Source: a virus
Taxonomy: Duplodnaviria; Caudoviricetes
DNA: 38,540 bases
Direction: 5' to 3' (one strand)
Virus record (IMG/VR): IMGVR_UViG_3300033076_001295
Coordinates: 1 to 38,540 of that record
Below the pieces are notes generated by a model. The model saw nothing but the letters and a program-made list of their open reading frames with translations, did not search any database and was not told the origin of the DNA. Positions within the stretch are counted from its first letter, which is position 1, and each line of letters starts with the position of its first letter. The position numbers and the translations under genes were made by a program. Shown here one piece after another: positions 9,259-18,481 of this stretch.

Positions 9259-12200
9259 ACAAGTACAAAACAAAAGAATATACATTGAAACAGAATATGA
9301 TAATATTTTAGTTGTTAACCCAAACGAAATTTACAATTCGGATGGAGTTAGACAAGAACGCCTTGTTGACCATGAAGACTTGGTATACTACGCTAACTTA
9401 GAAACTTTTTTAATACCAAGGACAAAACTTGCAATAGGGGAAGCTTTCCCAACAATAGAAAATACTACGATTGCGACACTTTTTCAAGGGGATGAAGACT
9501 TAAAAGTAAACTTTTTACAACCAAAAGGGAAACAATATTTTGATACTAGTTGGTCAAATCAATTAACAGGTGAAGGTAGTAGAGGTGGTAATGCTCTAAA
9601 CCAAACAGTTGAAACACCAATATCTATAGACGGTAGAAGGGTTTTTCAAAAATCAGTTAAAAACTACGAAGATACCCAACTTCTTGGAATTAAATCAATT
9701 AGAGTAAATATAAAGGGTACTGGAGTTCCTGAGGTAAATATTGAAATGGTAGACATACAAGGAAGGTCTTTGTTTGAACAAGGTGACAACTCACTTTATT
9801 CAGCTTTCTTTAATTACCCTTACCCATTATTTTATTTAACACTTAAAGGGTATTATGGTAAAGCTATAAGATATAGATTATCCCTTTTATCTTTCAATGC
9901 TACTTTTGATGCGGACACAGGAAATTATAACATTTCATTGAAGTTAGTTGGAAAGTTCACCGCTCTACTTTTTGATACTCCTTTAGCATATGCTGTGAAT
10001 GCACCAAAAATGTATAATACACAAATTACGGTAACCGAACCAAACGGAAATAAAAGTTTTTTCAACACGTATAAAGGTAGACAAAAACTTAATGAGGTTT
10101 ACGATATATACGAAAGAAAAGGATTGATTCCCGCGGGTTTCCCAAGGTATTCATTAGAAGAATTTGTCTACAGGGCACAAAAATTTACGACCGATATCCA
10201 ATCAGAATTAACAGATAAAAAAGACTTCACTAAATTAAATGACTTAGAAGACTTCTCAAGAAGTTTAGAAAAGTTAAATAAAGAAATTTATGAATATGCA
10301 ATTAATAATGTTGTAGACAGAAATAGTTTTTATGTGGTTGGTGAAGAAATATATTACCCATTCAAAAAAGAGTTAACATACCAATCAAGAGAAGATTTCA
10401 AAACAAAAATCACAGAAAGAATACAAGCTTACACAGATGATTTGAAAAGAAATACGACTTTCGGTGAAAATTCAACTCAAACAAATAACCAACAAACATA
10501 TCAAATTAATGTAACCATCAAGGGACTGAATGACATCTTAAAAAAATTAGACTTCAACACTTGGAGTTCAAACAAACAAGATGTTGTAAACACCTATCAA
10601 GCAAGATATCCTGGTAGATTTATAGATAGTAGTTCAGCATCCACAGAATATCAAAATTTTTTGAAAAATGAACAAATCGTTGCATTACTTGAAACTAAAG
10701 TCAAAGATGAAAATGGTGATTGGGTTGAAGATACCCCTGATTATTTGGTTTTCGGTAACAAGTTTGTGGCTGATGGCACATATGTAAAAAATTCTTATTT
10801 AGATAAGTTAGATATTATGTCCACTTCATTAAAGGCAAAACAAAAAATTATTGAAGACGACCTAACAAAATATTATTCTGAAAAACAACTCAAAAACCCA
10901 TCCCAAGGAGGCCTTGGATTCAAACCAACAATAAGAAACGTATTTGCTATTATTTTTGCAGGTGCGGACGCGTTTTACAGATTGATGGATGAAAACCATA
11001 GGGAGGCTTGGAATGTAAAATCAAATAAAAATAGATTATTATCTGTAATAGGTGATAAAAATTTTTCCGTAGATGCTTTGAATACTATTTCCAAATCAAG
11101 TACGGAACTTAATGACAACAACGTTGTTTATCCTTGGCCACTTTACTTTACTTTGGAAAAACAAAACAATGGTAGTGATTTGTATACTATTCAATACCCT
11201 GGTGATGCAAGATATATAACACAAACAAAGGCTTATGATTATACAATATGGCCTGAGGTTGGGTTTGTTGAGGCCTATATTAAAGCAACATTAGAAAAAG
11301 AAAAAGAAGAAAAAAAATATACTTACGATAATCCAAAAGACGTAACCACTTACGTTTCTTGTAATGCTATTGAATTTCCATTCAAGACTGCACCTTACCA
11401 AGATTTGAATATTATAAAAACCTTTTATGAAATTTTTGAAAGGTCTTATCTATGTTCATATTACGGGAATCTACCAACAGAACTTACACAAAAAAAACAA
11501 ATTGATAAGTTTTATGGTGACATAGAAAGTCTGAATATTAGTTTAGTTGCACCATCTAACATTGAAATCAATCAGATTCTTAAAACTTCAAAATTTGACC
11601 TTAAAACATTAATTGAGTACATGAAAAAAATCTCTAATGATGGTAAGGGTCAAAGTTGGCAAATGTTTATAAGAGACTATTTCAATACTGAGTACATCAA
11701 AACATTATTACAAAATGTAAATGAAATCTATTCTATTGATACTATAGATGGTAGTTCAATAAAGGTATCTGCGGATTTACCTTTAGCGAATAATATGAAG
11801 GAATTTTTGGAAGATAGTGGGACGTCAAAGAAACAGACTACAGATGTATATCCATTTACTGACGTTAATTGGTTAAAACAATATATGTCAAATGGTGAAA
11901 ATTTATCTAGTTTTGAAGAATATAACAACACAACAAGAAGTTATATTTACTTGGATGACAAAAAAACAATTGCAAGAGTAAATGCAACTGAAAAATATCA
12001 AAATCTTAAGTTATTCACATCCAATTCTGTTTTTGGTAATAATACACAACCACTATTATCAAACTCACAAACCGGACAACCAATAGATTCTGCGTTGTCA
12101 TTAAAAAATTATTATACAACAAGAACATATGAACAACTATATTTAACTGAATCTTTCTTAGACTATGGTGCAAGTTATAGTGGTAATTTAGGAACATTTA

Positions 12201-15200
12201 TACAAACAACATCATTATTAAACACTCCATATTTTGTAAATGCACTTATGGATGGTGTACACAAACAAAAAATTGGTGATGTAAATCCATTTGCTGCTTT
12301 AGGATATATGTATTTGAACTCACTTCCTTTAATAACAACTAAAGAAAAAATCAAAGATATATCTAATAATGTCACAACTGACTTAGATTACTTAGCCGCA
12401 ACTTTCAACAAGTTTTCATCAATTCATCAAGTTCCTTACGCTTGGGTATTGAAGTACGGTTCAATTTGGCACAGATATAAAACATATGTTGAAAAAAATA
12501 TAGACATACTTGAAGAAACATGGAAAGACTTTGACTACGTGTTTTCATACGACCCTACAAGTGGAAACAGTGCTACGAATTATACTATCCTAAATTACAG
12601 TGGACAACCCACAAATATCACACTACAAAATGTTACGCTGTACACAACATCATTCAACAATTTTGTCAGAAAAGATTATTTTGATACAGGATTTTATCCT
12701 AAGGTAATTAATTCAGTAGAATATTATTTGAATGGTGCGGACTTGATTACAGGTTACAGTGCTAGTAATTTTAGTTCTTTATACACTAATGACGGGTTAA
12801 GAATCGGATTTAATCCAAGTAATGAGGTTTATTCATATCCACAAGGTTTTGACCCAAATAACCCAATACGAGAACTCATAAAAAGAAATTTATTTTCTTA
12901 TAGAACTTTCAGAAGTCCTGACGTTGACGGACAACCAAAAAAAATTATAATGTACCCTTCTATGGGTGGTATTCCATTTGACCAATCAATTTATGAATGT
13001 TTTACTGACCAGAAAAAAATGACAGAAGATTTATATGAAAATAAATCAATGTTTAATGGTACGGTGCGTTCAGTTTGGGGTATGTCACAATTTGGTTATT
13101 TTAATAATTCGTTAGTTAAAATGCCATTACCTACTGAATATTTGAAAATCATTAAAACTGACACAGATAAACAAAATGATTTTGATATATCAAACACTCA
13201 ATCACAATACTCTATGATTGATGAAATATTTAGTATTTTTGACGTCAATCTATTGGATAAAATGGAAGAAAAGTTTTTGAACTTCTGTAAGTTTAACCCA
13301 ACTGCGGATGACCTTAAACTTAACGATGAAAATATTACCCCAAGTTATATTCAAACAAATGGTTTAACTAACGCTAATCTCAAATCACTCAAACCACAGA
13401 TTGAAAACATTTTTTCCTACCAAGATACATTTTTTCAACAAGTAAATGAAAGTGTTGATACGCAGACTTTGATGAATCAACAAATAAACAACATGTACGA
13501 ATCAATCAAAAGTTTTGTTAATTTTGATTGTGTATTAAAAATTGCAAACCCAATTAATTTTGATAAAAAACTATTCAATAGTTTTAGTACGTTGGCTAGT
13601 GTACAATCGGTAGATAAATACAAATTTGACCCATATGTTAAAGGGTCTTTACCTGGTGATGGTTCGGCAACGACACTATTACAAAGTGTTACATCATTAC
13701 CTCAATCTTGGTCAACCCTTAGAAAATATTTAGGATTCAGTTTAGTTCCAAATATTGATTACTCTGAACAAGTAAATAATGTTTACCCTTCAGTACCTTC
13801 TGTAAGTACACAAACTTCAGCAACTACGGCAACAACTTCTGCAACTACTGTGGTTGTGTCTACACCACTACAGTTAGAATATAGAGGAGATTCATCAACT
13901 ATTTTTGCATCCAATAATCAGTCAAGATATATAAATGTAAAAAAATCAGATGGCAATTACCAAGTATTCAAATTTTTAGGAGAAACAAACGTCAACCTAA
14001 TTGACTCAAGAATTGAATTATTTCAAATATTTGAACCAAACTCAAACATTCAGGATTTGAATAATTTGGTACAAAGTTCATCAACTTTTGGTTCAAATAC
14101 AAATAACTCATATGTAGTAGAAGTTCAGGACGTACCGGGATTATATCAATTAGTTATTACATATTCACCTAATACCCCATCTTCATTTGAGACGACAAAA
14201 ATAGTTACTAATATATCTACCATCGCCGGATTACAAACAACTATTCCGCAAACGGCAAACGCAACATCGATTAGCCAACCATTATCAGGTACACAATCTT
14301 GTGTGGTTTCGGATTTCTTTATTGAAAATAATATAAGATTTTCACCCCAAAACATTTCTTTACTTTATCCAATAATTAGAATATATGCAGAACAAAAAAG
14401 AACAGACCCTGGATTTAATAAAAACAAATTAAATACACTAATAAATAATTTTTTACAAGATAGAGAGACACTCCAAAACGCAATGGTTAATGAAACATTC
14501 AGTAACCTAAACAAAATATTATCAGATATCAAAGTTGACGTAAATCTACCTCAAACACCATTAAATGGGGATACTACAAAACTATCACTTTATAATACGC
14601 TTAAAACGTTTAATGATAAATGGATTGCAGGTTCCGACTTTACAACGAACACAATATTTGAAGATTTCTTATTTATGGATAGGTCAAATACTGATTTGGG
14701 TGATTCTTTTACGGTTGATTTAGAAAAAGTGGTAAATAGGCTTAATATTGACAGTAAACAAGAACAAAGTTTAATGAGTGTTGTAAGTAGTATTTTGGAA
14801 GATAACTACTTTATTTTTATGGCGATGCCTGCTTATGTTAATTTCTATGGTATACAACAAGCAATGAAAAACGGACAACCATTACAAGATAGTTTAGTTG
14901 GTAATTCCTTATTTGGGACTTATTTAGATGTGGACTATAGCCAATCAAGTCCTAAATTTTTGTGTTTATATGTTGGTAACCCTTCTGAATATCCTAAACC
15001 AAAAGAAAATTCATTTAATAGATTTGGGGACGACAGTTTTGATTTAAGAGTTCCTGATAACCCACTTAGAGTTTCAGACCCAAATAGAAACTATTCTTTG
15101 AACAATAGAGTCGTAGGGTTTGCTGTTGATTTTGGTATAAGAAATCAAAACATGTTCAAAAGTTTAGGGTTGGACATGTCTGAAATGAAAAATACGGCTG

Positions 15201-16258
15201 AAACTTTTAAGGTTTATGCGGATATGGGTAATTCGGTTTCAGGTGATAAAGTCGCTCAACAATCACAATCACTCTATAGTATATATAAGTCAAGGTCATA
15301 TAATTGTACGGTTCAGAGTATGGGTAATGCCATGATTCAACCAACTATGTATTTTATTTTGAGACATGTACCTATGTTTTATGGACCATATTGGATAACG
15401 GAAGTAAATCATAATATTACTGAGAGAGGTTTTGATACCGAGTTTAAAGGGTCAAGAATACCAAAATACGCTTTACCAAAAGTTGATAATCTTTTAGCAT
15501 CGGTTAATAAACAAGTTATCGCAACCTTGAAACAATTAGCAGGTAAAGATAAAAGTGCTGAAGTATTGATACCGACGACAGAAGAAAAAAATGCGAGCAA
15601 AAACCCAACATTACAAACATTAAATGGTGATGATTCAAAATGTCAACAAAATATACCTACTGAGTTTGCACAAGTACCTTTTGAAACTTTAATCCAAACA
15701 CCATTCACTAAAACTGAAATTATACCTTTGATTGAACAAACCACAACAAATAAAGGTATGAGAGCATTATTATTAGGGTTAGCCCAAATATTACCATCGG
15801 TTACTGAAAACAATGGTATGTTTAATAGTGTAAACTTTAACCCATACGATATATTAACCGTTAGAAATTTTGGTGGTAATTTGAATTCATTTATAAAAAA
15901 ACAATCATGTGTCGTTGTTAATAATAATTCTTATAGATTTGTTAAGTTTGATTCATTTTCAGAGTCCATGCAATTTGTTAATGCTTACATGGCGGCACCA
16001 TTAAATAACTTAAATGCGTTAGTAGCCCTGAACCCTAACTCAAATCAAGATAAAAGTTACGGAGAAGCATTATTCCAAATTGCTTATACGAGTTGGATTA
16101 CAGATTTGGCATCAGGAAATCCAACAGCGGTTCCACCGGTACCTGCCTTGACAACTACAGAAATTAAAACTAAAACTCAAGACAAATACCCACCTAGTCA
16201 GGTCACTTACCAAGATTATGTTCAAAAGTTTACAGACGCTTGGAAGCAATTTAAGTAA
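9248..16258 (+). CDS. Giant baseplate hub-like protein (gp27/gpD-like termini) with a possible degenerate glycoside-hydrolase C-terminal domain
   Basis: 2336 aa. N-terminal 'GIKSIRVNI...PEVNIEMVDIQG...FYLTLKGYYG' and late 'CTVQSMGNAMIQPTMYFIL...YGPYWITEVNHNITERGFDTEFKGSR' resemble hub (gpD/gp27) segments. It sits after the LysM-like gene, as in contractile-tail operons. Confidence 0.55.
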   Translation: MAARQVQNKRIYIETEYDNILVVNPNEIYNSDGVRQERLVDHEDLVYYANLETFLIPRTKLAIGEAFPTIENTTIATLFQGDEDLKVNFLQPKGKQYFDTSWSNQLTGEGSRGGNALNQTVETPISIDGRRVFQKSVKNYEDTQLLGIKSIRVNIKGTGVPEVNIEMVDIQGRSLFEQGDNSLYSAFFNYPYPLFYLTLKGYYGKAIRYRLSLLSFNATFDADTGNYNISLKLVGKFTALLFDTPLAYAVNAPKMYNTQITVTEPNGNKSFFNTYKGRQKLNEVYDIYERKGLIPAGFPRYSLEEFVYRAQKFTTDIQSELTDKKDFTKLNDLEDFSRSLEKLNKEIYEYAINNVVDRNSFYVVGEEIYYPFKKELTYQSREDFKTKITERIQAYTDDLKRNTTFGENSTQTNNQQTYQINVTIKGLNDILKKLDFNTWSSNKQDVVNTYQARYPGRFIDSSSASTEYQNFLKNEQIVALLETKVKDENGDWVEDTPDYLVFGNKFVADGTYVKNSYLDKLDIMSTSLKAKQKIIEDDLTKYYSEKQLKNPSQGGLGFKPTIRNVFAIIFAGADAFYRLMDENHREAWNVKSNKNRLLSVIGDKNFSVDALNTISKSSTELNDNNVVYPWPLYFTLEKQNNGSDLYTIQYPGDARYITQTKAYDYTIWPEVGFVEAYIKATLEKEKEEKKYTYDNPKDVTTYVSCNAIEFPFKTAPYQDLNIIKTFYEIFERSYLCSYYGNLPTELTQKKQIDKFYGDIESLNISLVAPSNIEINQILKTSKFDLKTLIEYMKKISNDGKGQSWQMFIRDYFNTEYIKTLLQNVNEIYSIDTIDGSSIKVSADLPLANNMKEFLEDSGTSKKQTTDVYPFTDVNWLKQYMSNGENLSSFEEYNNTTRSYIYLDDKKTIARVNATEKYQNLKLFTSNSVFGNNTQPLLSNSQTGQPIDSALSLKNYYTTRTYEQLYLTESFLDYGASYSGNLGTFIQTTSLLNTPYFVNALMDGVHKQKIGDVNPFAALGYMYLNSLPLITTKEKIKDISNNVTTDLDYLAATFNKFSSIHQVPYAWVLKYGSIWHRYKTYVEKNIDILEETWKDFDYVFSYDPTSGNSATNYTILNYSGQPTNITLQNVTLYTTSFNNFVRKDYFDTGFYPKVINSVEYYLNGADLITGYSASNFSSLYTNDGLRIGFNPSNEVYSYPQGFDPNNPIRELIKRNLFSYRTFRSPDVDGQPKKIIMYPSMGGIPFDQSIYECFTDQKKMTEDLYENKSMFNGTVRSVWGMSQFGYFNNSLVKMPLPTEYLKIIKTDTDKQNDFDISNTQSQYSMIDEIFSIFDVNLLDKMEEKFLNFCKFNPTADDLKLNDENITPSYIQTNGLTNANLKSLKPQIENIFSYQDTFFQQVNESVDTQTLMNQQINNMYESIKSFVNFDCVLKIANPINFDKKLFNSFSTLASVQSVDKYKFDPYVKGSLPGDGSATTLLQSVTSLPQSWSTLRKYLGFSLVPNIDYSEQVNNVYPSVPSVSTQTSATTATTSATTVVVSTPLQLEYRGDSSTIFASNNQSRYINVKKSDGNYQVFKFLGETNVNLIDSRIELFQIFEPNSNIQDLNNLVQSSSTFGSNTNNSYVVEVQDVPGLYQLVITYSPNTPSSFETTKIVTNISTIAGLQTTIPQTANATSISQPLSGTQSCVVSDFFIENNIRFSPQNISLLYPIIRIYAEQKRTDPGFNKNKLNTLINNFLQDRETLQNAMVNETFSNLNKILSDIKVDVNLPQTPLNGDTTKLSLYNTLKTFNDKWIAGSDFTTNTIFEDFLFMDRSNTDLGDSFTVDLEKVVNRLNIDSKQEQSLMSVVSSILEDNYFIFMAMPAYVNFYGIQQAMKNGQPLQDSLVGNSLFGTYLDVDYSQSSPKFLCLYVGNPSEYPKPKENSFNRFGDDSFDLRVPDNPLRVSDPNRNYSLNNRVVGFAVDFGIRNQNMFKSLGLDMSEMKNTAETFKVYADMGNSVSGDKVAQQSQSLYSIYKSRSYNCTVQSMGNAMIQPTMYFILRHVPMFYGPYWITEVNHNITERGFDTEFKGSRIPKYALPKVDNLLASVNKQVIATLKQLAGKDKSAEVLIPTTEEKNASKNPTLQTLNGDDSKCQQNIPTEFAQVPFETLIQTPFTKTEIIPLIEQTTTNKGMRALLLGLAQILPSVTENNGMFNSVNFNPYDILTVRNFGGNLNSFIKKQSCVVVNNNSYRFVKFDSFSESMQFVNAYMAAPLNNLNALVALNPNSNQDKSYGEALFQIAYTSWITDLASGNPTAVPPVPALTTTEIKTKTQDKYPPSQVTYQDYVQKFTDAWKQFK

Positions 16259-16274
16259 AAACAAAATTAACAGA

Positions 16275-16282
16275 TATTTATA
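16275..16282 (+). promoter_or_regulatory. Putative phage late promoter motif TATTTATA
   Basis: TATTTAT 13 nt before the ATG at 16295. Confidence 0.6.
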
Positions 16283-16294
16283 TTATAAAATGTT

Positions 16295-16519
16295 ATGAAC
16301 ATGAAAGCATTATTAGACGAATACTTAAAAAAAGATACAAGAGTTACACAGAGAGACGCTGGTAACGGATATCAAGAAGTGTGTGATTTAGACACAGGAG
16401 ATTGCTATACAATCAGAATGAAAGATGGTTTGATTGAAAGAGTGGACAACACTATGAAAACAAATAGAACTTTGAAAGTAGAAACCCCTCAGGGCGTAAA
16501 AACATTATTAAACGGTTAA
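16295..16519 (+). CDS. Small hypothetical protein (CDLDTGDC motif), likely late-expressed
   Basis: 74-aa ORF filling the gap between genes, with an A-rich leader and an upstream TATTTAT motif. Confidence 0.7.
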   Translation: MNMKALLDEYLKKDTRVTQRDAGNGYQEVCDLDTGDCYTIRMKDGLIERVDNTMKTNRTLKVETPQGVKTLLNG

Positions 16520-16529
16520 AAATTAAATA

Positions 16530-17204
16530 ATGAGTATTGAAAAACAAATTTTAGAAGAATTAAAACGTTTTAATCAAATTAATACATATATTCTTAATGA
16601 ACAACCTGAAGCGGCACCTGTAGAAGATTTACCCGCAACAGACCCTGCGGCTACTACTGATTTAGGAGCACCTACAGACCCTGCAGCGGCACCAACAGAT
16701 GCAACAACACCTGAAACTCCGGCTCCTGATGCTACAGCCACTGAAGTACCTGAACCTGTTGATGTTGAAAATGACCCTGATGTTGAAGAAGTTGATGCTG
16801 AAAACGAAACCGAAGAAGGAGATACTGAAGAGATAGATATTACAGACCTCGTTACTTCACAACAAGAAATCCAATCAAAACAAGATGAGTTTATGGATAC
16901 AATGTTTTCAAAATTAGATGATTTAGCAAGTAAGTTAGAAAATATGGACCAAATTATGAGTAAGATTAATGATTTGGAATCAAAATTTGAAAAGTATAGA
17001 ACAAAAACACCTGAGGAAAAATTAGAACTTAGGAGTTTAGACTCATACCCATACAATCAAAAGTTAACAGATTTTTTTGACGACAAAGAACAAGAGATGC
17101 AACAAACAGGAAAAAATGAATATGTTTTAACATCAGACGAAGTTGAAAACTTTTCACCTAATGAAGTTAAAAAAACATTTAATTTATACGACAAAGAAGA
17201 CTAA
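16530..17204 (+). CDS. Acidic, Pro/Ala/Thr-rich protein with a coiled coil; possible head-internal or scaffold-type protein
   Basis: 224 aa with N-terminal 'ILEE...ILNE', a low-complexity acidic linker and a heptad-like 'FSKLDDLASKLENMDQIMSKINDLESKFEK' segment. The function is inferred. Confidence 0.5.
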   Translation: MSIEKQILEELKRFNQINTYILNEQPEAAPVEDLPATDPAATTDLGAPTDPAAAPTDATTPETPAPDATATEVPEPVDVENDPDVEEVDAENETEEGDTEEIDITDLVTSQQEIQSKQDEFMDTMFSKLDDLASKLENMDQIMSKINDLESKFEKYRTKTPEEKLELRSLDSYPYNQKLTDFFDDKEQEMQQTGKNEYVLTSDEVENFSPNEVKKTFNLYDKED

Positions 17205-17242
17205 GATTATTTAATCTATCACTAGTATTTATACTAAAAATG

Positions 17243-17264
17243 AGGGGAGGTATCCCCTTTTTTT
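17243..17264 (+). terminator. Rho-independent terminator ending the late transcript
   Basis: AGGGGA-GGTA-TCCCCT hairpin followed by a T tract. Confidence 0.8.
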
Positions 17265-17265
17265 A

Positions 17266-17296
17266 TTTGACAAACTTGAATATTCACTTATATTTG
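17266..17296 (+). promoter_or_regulatory. Host-type (Bacteroidetes primary sigma) promoter driving the replication island
   Basis: TTTG (17266-17269), a 19-nt spacer and TATATTTG (17289-17296) match the Bacteroidetes -33 TTTG / -7 TAnnTTTG consensus. The -33 box also overlaps TTGACA. Confidence 0.75.
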
Positions 17297-17331
17297 TTAT
17301 AGATAAAAGAGTAATAATTAAAAATTTATTT

Positions 17332-18186
17332 ATGGCAAATTCAGTATTAGATTCAGTACTTGCACAGTACGAAAAAAACGCGACCACCTCAAGTTCGCAA
17401 AGACAAAACATCTCACAAGAAGACAGATTGAAAAAGTATTTTTCAGCAATTCTTCAAAAGAATGAAAAATCCGCATCACGTAGAGTTCGTATCTTACCAA
17501 CCAAAGATGGTTCATCACCATTTGTTGAAGTATGGTATCATGAAATCCAAGTAAACGGACAATGGGTTAAGTTGTATGACCCTGACAAAAACGACAACGA
17601 ACGTTCACCTTTGACTGAAGTTTATAATGAGCTTATAGCTACAGGAAAAAAAGAAGATAAAGATTTAGCTTCTCAATATCGTTCACGTTTATTTTATATT
17701 GTAAAAGTAATTGACCGTGACAATGAACAAGATGGTGTTAAATTTTGGAGATTCAAACACAATTACAAACAAGAAGGTGTATTAGATAAAATCTTACCTA
17801 TTTGGAAAGCTAAAGGTGATGTTACAGATGCTGAAAAAGGTCGTGATTTAATCATCGAACTTACAAAGGCAAAAACACCACAAGGAAAAGAGTATACGGT
17901 TATTCAAACAATTATGTACGATGACCCACAACCACTTCACGAAGACAAAGAAATCATGGAAGGATGGTTACAAGATGAACTTACATGGAATGATGTTTAT
18001 TCTAAAAAACCTGTAGAATATTTAGAAGCAGTTGCAATTGGAGAAACACCAATTTGGTCATCTGAACTTAAAAAGTATATCTACGGAGAAAACGCTGAAA
18101 TTTCACTTGGAGGGGCAAAACAAGAAACACCTGAACCTGCAGACCCACAAGCTAATGAAGAACCTGCAGAAGACTTACCATTCTAA
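17332..18186 (+). CDS. Single-stranded DNA-binding protein, T4 gp32-like
   Basis: 284 aa with 'RVRILP...SPFVEVWYH', 'VKVIDRDNEQDGVKFWRF', 'GRDLII' and an acidic tail ending EDLPF; first gene of the replication cluster. Confidence 0.8.
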   Translation: MANSVLDSVLAQYEKNATTSSSQRQNISQEDRLKKYFSAILQKNEKSASRRVRILPTKDGSSPFVEVWYHEIQVNGQWVKLYDPDKNDNERSPLTEVYNELIATGKKEDKDLASQYRSRLFYIVKVIDRDNEQDGVKFWRFKHNYKQEGVLDKILPIWKAKGDVTDAEKGRDLIIELTKAKTPQGKEYTVIQTIMYDDPQPLHEDKEIMEGWLQDELTWNDVYSKKPVEYLEAVAIGETPIWSSELKKYIYGENAEISLGGAKQETPEPADPQANEEPAEDLPF

Positions 18187-18193
18187 ATTAACT

Positions 18194-18235
18194 AAGCTTG
18201 GACACTTACGTAGACATTGTGTCCAAGCTTTTTTT
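18194..18235 (+). terminator. Rho-independent terminator / attenuator after the SSB gene
   Basis: Perfect 12-bp stem AAGCTTGGACAC / GTGTCCAAGCTT with a 13-nt loop, followed by a T tract. Confidence 0.8.
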
Positions 18236-18258
18236 ATTAACTAATTAAAACAAAAAAA

Positions 18259-18480
18259 ATGAAACCAATTATAGCAGAAAAACTAAAAGATGCTTTAATC
18301 AAAAAGTATGAGGCAGAAATTGCAGACGCTGAAGCCCGTTTATATGTTTATTTTACAAATCCTGTTGGAATTGGAGAACATCCACAACACACAGAAGAGA
18401 TGGATAATTTGGTTGGACAACTTACCGATGCAAAAGATAAGTTAGAGACCATTACAGAATTCAAAATATACGAATTATAA
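18259..18480 (+). CDS. Small helical-hairpin hypothetical phage protein (NPVGIGEHP motif)
   Basis: 73 aa, two amphipathic helices around 'NPVGIGEHP', a motif I recall from aquatic phage hypotheticals; A-rich leader. Confidence 0.7.
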   Translation: MKPIIAEKLKDALIKKYEAEIADAEARLYVYFTNPVGIGEHPQHTEEMDNLVGQLTDAKDKLETITEFKIYEL

Positions 18481-18481
18481 T

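Noticed and set aside
16574-17056. 160-aa Ser/Ala/Gly-rich minus-strand ORF
   Set aside because: Antisense shadow of the low-complexity 224-aa gene.
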